A stretch of 64,000 nucleotides of DNA from Owenia fusiformis (Eukaryota). Shown in pieces: positions 42,701-53,300 of this stretch (position 1 is the first letter of the stretch; each line of letters starts with the position of its first letter). The position numbers and the translations under genes were made by a program. The notes under the pieces were generated by a model. It ran no database searches, had not been told where the DNA came from, and was given only the letters and a program-made list of their open reading frames with translations. The DNA is taken from positions 6,944,001-7,008,000 of the forward strand of contig CAIIXF020000001.1 of assembly GCA_903813345.2 (NCBI GenBank), in the 5' to 3' direction.

Positions 42701-45700
42701 GAAAAACTGTCCACTGCTTCTGGTTTCAATTGGGCCCTTTGGGCTGTTACAATGTCACCAGCCGTCGAGAAGACCCTTTCACTCGGGACCGATGTCGCCG
42801 GAATACCCAAAAGAACCCTGGCAACCTCAGCCAACCTGGGATATTGATACTTGAATGTATTGTGGGTGCGCACAAAATAATACCCTATATCGAACCTGCG
42901 CAAATATAAATTTGCGCAAATCTTTGTATCAATTATGCCACGTTATAACAATATTTTATAGATGGAATTTTATGTTATAGTATTTCATGAACAATACATA
43001 TTATTTAGAATACACGACTAAAGAATATAGTACCAGGGACCACATGATTGATTACCGAGGGATACGAATACGCGGATACGAAACGAATCAAGTAAATGAG
43101 TGAGCTAGCAACAGACAAGACAGACAAGGTGGGGACTAGGAATATCAAAAATGTTGCTGTAAAACAGTGTTTTTAACTGTTTTATTGATACTTGACCAAT
43201 GAAACATTAATCCGAAAACGATCCGAAAAGCTGATCCAAAAGTAGGGCCGTGATCCGAAAACCGATCCGAAGGCTATGAACCGCGGTTTTTCGGTATTTC
43301 GGTTATCCGTCCCACCCCTATTTAACACCCTTCCCCTTACATTTTTAAGCTGCAGTCTTAAAGAACTAATATTTTCTCACTTTGTTCAATCTTGAATCCC
43401 ACACATTATGGCTTAAAACTAGCACCCTACCTTTGTTAGTTGCAAAGTTCTTGTGATCCAAAGAAATGTTCTAAGCTTCCATAGACGATAATATTTTCCA
43501 GTGAAATTGCGAACATAGCCCTATATGATCTTGAAATGTCAATATCTTCATAAATCATGGACCGATTCTCATGAAATATGGCTCAAAACATTGAATATTG
43601 GATTTTCTTTTGATTTTTAAAGATATTTGATGAAGGGTTTCTCAGTTTCCTGGTCACAGGGGGGCAATTTCCTTCCACAAAAGGCCCCCCTCTAACTGTT
43701 GGTGTAGGTAACATACCCCTGAACTGTTGAACGGTTAAAACTGCTTCAAAATGATCAATGAAAGTGTGAAATGTGTTTTCTGCTTAAATAGTGTCCCTAT
43801 GGTATGGTTTTAAACTTGTATCTCTAACTGAAAGCTGTTTAAAATCCAATGTGATTCAACAATTTCTGTGAATCAAATTGGTAAAATCTTGCACAATATC
43901 TAATTTTCAGGCATGTTTGCTAAACTCTTGTAATTTCTTCAAAATTCAAGACTGAGATTTAATTATGGCATCAACCAAAATTTTAGACTTTTCTCTACAA
44001 CATGTGATAATATTAGTCTATTCATGCAAGTATTAAGGAAAATATAGCTTGTTGCAGGGGTTCACTATTTTTGGACCACCCTGTACAAACAGCTATGTCA
44101 AATATTCCATTCATACCTCTCGTCCTTTTCCTTCTTGGACATTTTCTTATCTTCTCCTACTTTCTTCATAATTTCTCTTGTAACAGCTTCCTCTCTTCTC
44201 TGTGCAATTCTGCAAACAATCATCTCATTTAGTAATTGCTAATATTAATAATTATTATTGATTAAAGTGAACAGATTTTAATAGTTGGAAATTTTGATTA
44301 TAGCACTTAATAGATCACAATCAGACAATAATGAAGTTGATTGGCAGATACTAATGTAACACTTTGAATGCATGGCAATTCCCTCAATGAAGTATGAAAA
44401 ATTTGTTAACTCTAACAGCTGAACTCTAACAATGAATAAATTCCCAATTCATCCCTTACTTACTTGTGCTTGAGAAGAAACTTTACATTTTTATAGGCAA
44501 ATGAGACGAGATATGTGCTGACCAGTGTCACAAGGACAAAGTAGATGGCGGAGGAATATGGGTCCATCTGGTGGATACGCCAGAACAACCCTGAAAATAT
44601 AACAAACAAATATAAAATATGCTGCAAATTCACAGGTCTTTCAGTGGAAGCCTACGCACAGGCGTACCAGATGATCGCAAATACACTCCAAATACAACCA
44701 AACTTCATAATTTTCTGGGGGGAGAACTACAAGGCCTATGACAAAATGAATGTCCCAGTTTATAATCGGCAACCTTGCTCGAAAGAAACTCAAAATTTAA
44801 ATGACAAACATATACCTAGAATAGAAAAAATATTGAATAAATGTTCATAGTTTTGTAGACATCCCAAATCTGCATCCTGTTTATGCATCATCTTTTGAAC
44901 GATCTTCACTCACTAGTACGTTCATACGTCTCCATGTAAACAGGGGGCCGACTAGGTGTATTTTAGTAGACTATCACTGATCACCCCCAAGTAGTCAAGT
45001 GAACTCGACTTAATGTTGTTGTTTCACGTTTCTTCTTGATGATTTGGATATTTGTTATTTTATTTTTGTTTTCAACATTTGCGTCGAGGATATTAGGTTC
45101 AGTATATTGCGGTAAACGCTTTTCTGCCCTCTATGCCCAACCAAAGTTACACAGATAAGATATTAGATCCAATGCTTCGACTAGAATGTATTAACTCTTA
45201 GAGTCCATTTCACTGTTTAACTGCGTCAGTAAAAGCTAAAAAATAAGAAATCAGAATATCATTTTGCAATAATATATGGAAAAATATATTCCTATTGTAC
45301 ATGAATGACATTTGTATATCTTGGATTGCTTCTAGTTTGGCTATAAACTGTGTGGCCTCTTATATTTGGATGCTTCTCTGCCATGTTATTTTCAATAAGA
45401 TTAACATGGCTGAAATTCTTCAAATTACAAGATGGCACAGGCTTATTGCACAAAAAACTAAAAAATCTGAAATATACAAAGGTCATTTATGTACATTATG
45501 AATATACTTTTCCATGTATTATTGCACAATGGTCTCCCAATTTCTTATTTTTGCCGTTCTACTGACGCAATGAAGCAGTGAAATGGACTCTACCTTAAAC
45601 ACAGGAAACACTTGATAATTGAAGAAATGTAATCATTTTCGTATATATTTGAACCAATTTCCAATATGACTCCCAAGGTCACTACTGAATACAGTCTAAA

Positions 45701-47224
45701 TGTGAAACCATGCAACCAAAACGAAATCGTAATTATTTATTATCTTAATGTTACTGATCATGTTTATGCATATACAATCCAATTTGAAACGAAATGGAGG
45801 TGACGAAATGTGCATTTTTTGGAAATCACACGTTTTTATCAACGTCTTATATTTACATCTGTGGAGGTCTGAATATCCAACATATCTGTTTTCGGTTTCT
45901 TCACCCTCCTTGGTGTCTGAGAAGGCGATTCAATCGCCATAAGACGCCTTCCTCCCCCTGTACAACTCACTTTTCTCATATTTGAGACGATGATAAAACT
46001 TTTTCGAGTTGAAATCTTGATCTCAATATGGCTGCCGTTATTTATTGTAATTTCGTTTTTCGTTTCACCTGGACTTTTACTTTTACAAAATCATTACTAG
46101 AGTCCAATTCACTGTTTAACTGCGTCAGTAAAAGCTAAAAAATAAGAAATCAAAATATCATTTTGCAATAATATATGGAAAACTATATTCCTACTGTACA
46201 TGAATGACATTTGTATATCTTGGATTGATTCTAGTTTGGCTTATATAGTGTGTGGGCTCTTATATTTGGATGCTTCTCTGCCATGTTATTTTCAATAAGA
46301 TTAACATGGCTGAAATTCCTCAAATTACAGGATGGCACAGGCTTATTGCACAAAAAACTAAAAAATCTGAAATAGACAAATGTCATTCATGTACATTATG
46401 AATATACTTTTCCATATATTATTGCACAATGGTCTCCCAATTTCTTATTTTTGCCATTCTACTGACGCAATAAAGCAGTGAAATGGACTCTACTACCCAG
46501 AATGCATCTACACATGGGGAAAAATTTGTTTCCAGAAAAATTCTTATACTTCTTCAATTATCAAGCGTTTGACATGTGTAAGGTAGGATTAAATGCATTA
46601 TCGATGAAGAGCATATTCTAATACATAATTTGTGTGATTTTGGTTGCCAAAACAGACAAACAAAAAAAAACAAAAAAACAAACAAACAGGCCAGGAAAGC
46701 ATTTCCCTCAATTTAGAACCGGCAAGTGTGTACGACCCTAGTATGCAAGAAAATAACAAAAAATAAATATCCAAATTATCATAAAATAACGACAAATAAA
46801 GCATACGATGGTCGGATTTATATGACTACCCCCAAGAATCATGAATGCTTATGGCCTCAAATTGTGACTGTCCATATGGCATGTTTGCAAATCTGATTTC
46901 TGCTTATAAACATTAAAATAGTTCTCGTAAATATAAATCGTTTAGTCTGGGATGAGTTCTGCTTGAGATCTGTAACACAACTATACCCATATTGTTGACA
47001 AAACATTCAATCTTCGACGTGGCAATATTATTGTTGAAAGAGCCTGAAAAAGCTCACGTTTAAATGTTGTTTTCATCAATATTTCGAATATACTTACATA
47101 ATGGAATGGCTGATACGATAAGGGCGTTCCCATAGAACAAGGCAGATGATTTCGTAGTTACATTTCTACTGAAATCTTGGAGCAAAAGCTCCTCTTCTTT
47201 GGTAAGCTTCTTTCCTCCAGCCAT
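39742..47224 (-). CDS. SSR3: Translocon-associated protein subunit gamma (TRAP-gamma); exons 47224-47098, 44590-44464, 44209-44117, 40420-40289, 39808-39742
   Basis: Spliced translation [52 protein letters not shown]...[12 protein letters not shown]...[36 protein letters not shown]...[21 protein letters not shown] is recognisably SSR3; all phases are consistent. Confidence 0.97.
39809..40288 (-). other. U12-type (minor spliceosome) GT-AG intron, SSR3 intron 4
   Basis: 5' site GTATCCTTTT; branch point TCCTTAAC (39820-39827) just upstream of the acceptor CAG. Confidence 0.92.
40582..42008. mobile_element. Cluster of Helentron-associated elements (+ copy 40582-~41085, - copy ~41225-41410, degraded + 3' end to 42008)
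   Basis: Near-identity to 27278-27670; 3' end motifs ttatcccatcgaacgaagttcgg (minus) and gttcattgggataat (plus). Confidence 0.7.
42197..44083. mobile_element. Tc1/mariner-type non-autonomous element (host of a nested hAT)
   Basis: TA|CGGGGTGGTCCAAAAAAGTGAACCCCTGCAA ... TTGCAGGGGTTCACTATTTTTGGACCACCCTG|TA. Confidence 0.85.
42425..43320 (-). mobile_element. Internally deleted hAT (Ac/ZBED1-like) element
   Basis: TIR TAGGGATGGGACGG / CCGTCCCACCCCTA; perfect 8-bp TSD TTTAACAC; ORF 42697-42903 [29 protein letters not shown] is the hAT dimerization motif; subterminal (TTCGG)n. Confidence 0.93.
45199..45592. mobile_element. MITE copy 1 (TAGAGTCC...GGACTCTA)
   Basis: TIR tagagtccatttcactg / cagtgaaatggactcta; highly similar to 46098-46492. 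Confidence 0.85.
46098..46492. mobile_element. MITE copy 2 (same family and orientation as 45199-45592)
   Basis: End-to-end similarity with copy 1; flanking sequences differ. Confidence 0.85.
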
Positions 47225-48011
47225 GTCGAATTTAAAATAATTGAAAGGAAGTGACCGGCTCAGGGTCAGAACGGAAAGTTCCGAAGTAAGAATTCCCCTT
47301 AAATTATCACTTTACTAAATTGATTGCTCGTTTATTCTCTCTGTTTGCAATTGTTTTGAGAAATATTTTATAATATGGTGTCGAGATTAGTTGAAGGGGA
47401 TTGAAATGGATATTTAAAAAATTACGGAAAGTTACGAACGAATTTATGGTCACGTGATATTTTTTATCAAAAAAAGTAAAATATGAAAAATAGTGCTTAT
47501 TTTGCCGAATTTATCACTTTGGTAAAACCTTGAATACTGCTAACAAAGGTAACTCTTAGTACAACTCATATATTTACTTTTTAAATGTAATGTTTTTTCC
47601 ATTTTCTAGCGCTAACATTCAGATGAATGAAGAGTCTATTGCGAATGTTTGCCCTCTGAAAGTGAAACGGGCCGTCATCTGAAAATCGAAGCAAAACAAA
47701 ATGGTATATTTCTCAGTTCTGGTTTGTCATAACCAATGTCATAACTTTGCGCACAGAGTTAAGTTATTTGCCTCTTCATAAATAGGAATCATTGGTTAAC
47801 TCTTGGAAAACGTTAGGTGCATTCATGCACCCTCTGGGTCTCTGAGGATCGTGTTGGCGACAATCCAACGCATTACAGTTGGGGACATAAATAAATGACA
47901 GGTGGATTTGCTGAAGTGAGGATTTCCCATGTTAAAAATAAGAGAATTTACAAGAGGCCATACATCAGTGGATGAGATTATACAAAATGTAAAATAAGTT
48001 TTTAAGTTTCA

Positions 48012-48200
48012 TGTCTCAAACTCTCCAAAGCGGTAGAAAAAATAATTCCCGTTCACTCTAAGTAGCACAATAAATGAATCCAAAGCTTCATACCCGCAAA
48101 TGATGGATAAATTCCTACCAGATCAAACGAATGTTTTCATGAATCGCCAGGTTTGTGATCCAAGGAGGATTGACTCCCAGAATGCAACATCAGTTAAACC
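48012..48200 (-). pseudogene. Inverted duplicate of the RFESD promoter/first exon/intron start (31076-31261)
   Basis: The reverse complement aligns over ~185 bp with scattered mismatches; 48694-48714 also matches 31025-31045. Confidence 0.9.
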
Positions 48201-48461
48201 TGCACATCACTCCAAAACACAATCTTTGGTTGTTTCGGGGGTGAACTTTATCATTTTGAAAGATTATAGAATGATGAACAAATGGGGCAAATCTTACAAA
48301 TACTCATGATCAATGTGTCATTACAAAGACTGTTCATTGAATTGCTTTGATTGTGGAGGATGATATGATTTTTGGAAGGTTTCTAAATTAAGAATGTGAC
48401 GTTACTTCTGAATTATAGTATTCAACATAAGTGGCGTTTAATTAATGTCCTCATTCGTAAT

Positions 48462-48532
48462 AAGTTGGTAGCCCTGCGGTAGAATGCTCGCTCAGCACGC
48501 AGGCGGCCCACGTTCGAATCATGCACTCACTT
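48462..48532 (+). pseudogene. Degenerate tRNA-Gly-like sequence (tRNA pseudogene or SINE head)
   Basis: ggtagaatgctcgc...cacgcaggcggccc..gttcgaat follows animal tRNA-Gly(GCC) GGTAGAATGCTCGCCTGCCACGCGGGCGGCCCGGGTTCGATT; the anticodon loop and acceptor stem are disrupted. Confidence 0.6.
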
Positions 48533-49024
48533 TTCTATTTTTTTAAACTAAATGATTGTTCTTTGATATTACGCAGAAAATTTATATTTACAGAAACTTT
48601 ATATTAGAGCTTGAAATTGTAAAAACAATATATGTCAACATATTGCGTTTTGGAGCGATGTGCAGGTTTAACTAATATTTACTTGTGCCACTGCGGAACA
48701 GCATTTTGAAAGCTTTTAATTTTACTGAGTGGCTTTACAAAAAAATAAAAACAAGGTTGAATTACAATGTTGGAATGACAATTCAAAAAAATATGGGAAA
48801 GACTTTAATAAATGATTTGTTTTTTTGAAAGATTTATTTCTCAGTATTCATTTGTAAAATTAAGTTAAAAAAGATTGAACGTTTCTTTTTCATTATTTTT
48901 TCAGACTACAGCCATCCAGTGATTCCCGTTCAGATTTGGACCTATTATTTACCAAAAAGTTGACAAGGTACCAAATTACTCTTAATTATTATCATTTTTG
49001 AGTCATTGTATCAGTAACATTATA

Positions 49025-50068
49025 ATGGATCCGACAACAGATGTTGAAAAGGTATCTGACTCAGCAGTTGATCATGTTAACTCAGATACAGATGAGGATG
49101 GTGTTTCTGATGATTCCAAAGCAGAATCTGAAGTGTCCGAAGCCACGATAGATTTAGATGATGATGATGACCAAGTAGAATCTGAAACAACAATAGATTT
49201 AGATGATGAAGACAAAGTTGAAGCCGAAGCCACTAGAGATGTAGATGGTCATGATCACATAGATAGTACTAAAATTGCTGAAACTAATGCTAACCCTGGC
49301 AAAAGTAGAACTGGAAAAAATGGTAATTCCAGCAATCAGGCCCGAAATTGGTTTTGTATGCGATGCCAAATTCAACTCAAAGATCTTGATCATCTTAAGG
49401 CTCATATGGCCAGTCATGATGACCGCAATGGTACCTTGGATATCATAAGCTGTGAACAGTGTGGAAAACGATTTGACTATCGATATAAATTGAAGCGACA
49501 TATGGAAAGTCATATGAACATTGTTCGTGAGAAAAAATTCAGTTGTGAATATTGTGGAAATTGTTACTCACGAGAAGCAGGGTTGAGACGTCACAGACTC
49601 GCTGAACATGAACCTGACCAGAAATTGTTCAAGTGCAAGACTTGCGGGAAGTCATTTGGTGAAAAGAGACCCCTTGTAGAACACGAAAATATTCATACTG
49701 GAATTAAATCCTTTATTTGTGACCAATGTGGTAGAGGATTTATCAACAAATCATATTTGGCTAAACATGAAAAGAGCCACAATACAGCAGCGAAAAAGGC
49801 TTGTCACATCTGTGGTAAACTATTTGTGCAAAATAGATATCTCAAAGTCCATTTGCTGACTCATACAGGACAAAAATTAGTTAAATGTGAACTATGTTCA
49901 AAATCATTCACAACTATGGAATACCTGAAAAAGCATAGAGCTAGACATTTGAAGCCTGCTGTAAAATCATTCAAATGTAACTATTGTATCAGTGCATACA
50001 CTGAAGAGAGAAATCTAAGAAGGCACATGATGAAACAGCATTTTATGACCATTCCAAAGCAATATTAA
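49025..50068 (+). CDS. C2H2 zinc-finger protein: acidic N-terminus plus 8 fingers, single coding exon
   Basis: ORF 48998-50068, first ATG at 49025; fingers CMRC, CEQC, CEYC, CKTC, CDQC, CHIC, CELC, CNYC, two with HTG-type linkers. Acceptor at 48904; candidate 5' exons end at 47285 and 47703, divergent from SSR3. Confidence 0.92.
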   Translation: MDPTTDVEKVSDSAVDHVNSDTDEDGVSDDSKAESEVSEATIDLDDDDDQVESETTIDLDDEDKVEAEATRDVDGHDHIDSTKIAETNANPGKSRTGKNGNSSNQARNWFCMRCQIQLKDLDHLKAHMASHDDRNGTLDIISCEQCGKRFDYRYKLKRHMESHMNIVREKKFSCEYCGNCYSREAGLRRHRLAEHEPDQKLFKCKTCGKSFGEKRPLVEHENIHTGIKSFICDQCGRGFINKSYLAKHEKSHNTAAKKACHICGKLFVQNRYLKVHLLTHTGQKLVKCELCSKSFTTMEYLKKHRARHLKPAVKSFKCNYCISAYTEERNLRRHMMKQHFMTIPKQY

Positions 50069-50323
50069 AAAGATCTTGTAAACAAATATCTTATCCTTAA
50101 AGCTAATCTTATACAACCCAGGACTATTGCTGTATCATATGTGATGTTTATATTTTAATCTAGACTGTGTAAGTCTTTATAGGAATTATTTGATGTTTAG
50201 TCAATGATAATTATCATGCTATACTGTGCAATATCTTGTAATTCTTTCAAAATGTGTGTTTACTGTTTACCTGGTTCAATTCCTATAACATGATAACTTA
50301 TTGGGATCAAGTATTTTATGTAA

Positions 50324-53300
50324 TGTATCAGATGCTGGCACAGTTTTGCCGGAAGTTTGCAAGAAGTAACTTTTGGCAATGCAGTATGTTAGAGTAAACT
50401 AGTAGGTGTAAGAAAATATAAGGTGATGGCCTTTAAAGTGGTAAAAACAATTTTCACGGCCGAATTGGACTTCAATTCCTGCGATTTCAGGGGGTACTAT
50501 AAGACTATTTCATAACATAAAGGATATAGTTGCTATTGTTCTGCTTTCTACAGCACACATTACTAGTCCAAAGATGAATAATATCCTAAAGTTATAGGCC
50601 GATATCTGTATTAGTCTCAGAAATATTGCAATTAATAGGAAAAAAATACGCAATTTTAGTCATTTTTAAGTCTCACGTATCTTATATTTGTAGCTTCCAG
50701 CAAAAGATGGCAGCTTGAATAGCTCAAAATTGTTTTCTAAAAACTAATTCAAGCTTTGTTTGATATTGTAATACAATTATAATAATGATAATGTACTATT
50801 TATGATTTTTAATATGACTTTATAGTACCCTACCCCTGGAAAGTGGGCGTGGTCAATGTTATCATTTTGCAGCATACAATTAAAAACTTGTATTGATAGA
50901 AAGCAAATCAATGCATATAAAACATCTTCACTTGTTACTTCACAATGTAATTCATTTATTATTAAAATATAGGACTCTACATATTTTATATATACAATTT
51001 CAATTTTGTACAATGTATCATAATGAAATCTAATAGACTGTTTCAATTTACAAACTTTTTCTCGGATCACCCTTACCTTTTGACAAAATGATCTACTATA
51101 TGACCAATAGCCACAAAAAATAGCAGAACTGATCAACGTTTAAACCCCCCCCCCTTACCCCTATGTTTGTTTTGTATGGGGTCCGCCACAATGCAACAAG
51201 TCCATTTTCAGTGCTTACTATCACATGGAATATAAGTCACAATGTTTCCACAATATCTGGGCAATGAGATAGTGCCATTAAGAATATGTATGCCCAGATT
51301 GAAGATCATGGTGTAAATGCTTGCCGATCTATCGGCTTTCAAAAATGAGGAAAGCTGTCTTGAGTGCCGTTTCAACTAATTTTGAATTAAAAGTGCTACT
51401 TATGAATTTTTTTCTCAACAACTGTGATTTGGTTAGAGTCCAAACACAGGATATCAAGACATAGTGCTACCAAATTCTGGTATTGAAAATTTCAGAGCTC
51501 TAGATCAAGTATTCATATCTGCATGGACTCTTAAAAAAAACCAAAAGACACAAAATGCAGTCAGATATCGCGAAAAAATGTGACAAAATGCACTATTCAG
51601 AACAATTTATCTCTTAAATTTTACTTTTATTTACCCATAATTTCTGATTCTGCCTCTACTTAGTAATACCAATAATACATATGAGTAGACTTAAGGTCAT
51701 AGTAAATGTAGTTACAGATTTATTAGCATCTAAAAATGGGAGAAGCAGTGTAGCAAGTGCAATTTTCACCTATAATTCATAATATTAAACTGCAGCTTTC
51801 AGGATTTTCTTCTCTAAAACAAGAATTCTGTGAGACCCCAAAAGACAGGATTCCATATCACTGTACCACCAAATATATATAAGAGTAGTTTCAGGAGGTT
51901 ATATCAAATAATCATTGAACCATTGACACCTAAAAATATGCAAAATACAGTCAGAAATGGGGAAATTGTGATTGTGAAAAACTGTATGTATTCTTAACAA
52001 TTTTTTAACTAAACTGTATTTTATTTAGAACTGAAACTTGAAGTGCTTACTAGGAGTTACATCTAGTTATTATTTATTAAGTGACTTCAGCATCCGGATT
52101 GATATAATATAGGATTATTCCATAATAACATGTTTTCCCTGGGAAAATAACAGGGAATAAAAGTGTTATTTGAAAAATCCCGTATCAGATCCCGTATCAG
52201 CCAAAATCCCGTATCAGATCCCGTATTGGATCCCGTATCAGCAAAAATCCCGTATCAGATCCCGTATCAGAAATATTCCCGGTAATTTCTCTTGAGTTTT
52301 ACGCTTTTCGTCTAGCACATCTCTACAGGAAGTAAAAAAATCGTTTGGAAAATTGAAATTATTGAAATTATTATCATAATTATATCATATTATATCCTCA
52401 TTATTATCATAATCATTATTATGAAATAAATAGGTTATTGATGGTCGTGATGGAATATGGATTTATTCCTTGAGAAAATATGATATTGGCCTCAGAAAAT
52501 ATCATATTGACACTCGGGCTATCGCCCTCGGTCAATATGATATTTTCCTTGGCCAATATCATATTTTCCCTCGGAATAAAATCCATTTTCCATCCCTCCC
52601 ATTAAATAACCTCTATATATCCTATGGTTTTGAAAAAATATCATTTATATCCATGAGTGGATATTGATATTTTCATGAGTGAGCGCAGCGTGTGAGTGAA
52701 AATATTTTTATCCCATGGTTGCAAGGATATAGATCGAATATCACATGGGGATATATTTGATATGTAGATCAAGATATCATATTTTAGCAAAACATTCACA
52801 AACCATCGAATATCACTTTTAAACTATCGAATATCACGTCTTAAAAAGTGATATTCGATGGTTTGAAAAGTGATATTCGATGGTTTGAAAAGTGATATTC
52901 GATGGTTTCGAATTTTTTAAAAAAAATTCTTTACATTTTTTAATCATTTTCAAAAATATTTTTAAAAATTTCAAAAAAAATTTTCAACATTTTTTTACAA
53001 TTTTTTTCATTTATTTTTTCAAATTTTTTCTCAAATTATATTTTTCAACTTTTTTCGCTGATGATGATTTCCCATGGGATAAACGGACAATCCTATGGTT
53101 TTTCAAAAATATCAATTATATCCACTCATGGATACAAATATCTTCACTCATTCGCTGCGCTCACTCATGAAGATATCAATATCCACTCATGGATATAAAT
53201 GATATTTTTTCAAAACCATAGGATATTCCTATAGTATCCATGAGTGGATATAATTGATATTTTTGAAAAAAAAAATTTATCCCATGGGAAATCATCATCA

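Noticed and set aside
45983-46025. C/D snoRNA-like stem (tgaga...tctca with ATGATAA/TTGA)
   Set aside because: Boxes are non-consensus, it is too short, and it is antisense to the host intron.
48462-48532. Functional tRNA gene
   Set aside because: The acceptor and anticodon stems do not pair; kept only as a pseudogene.
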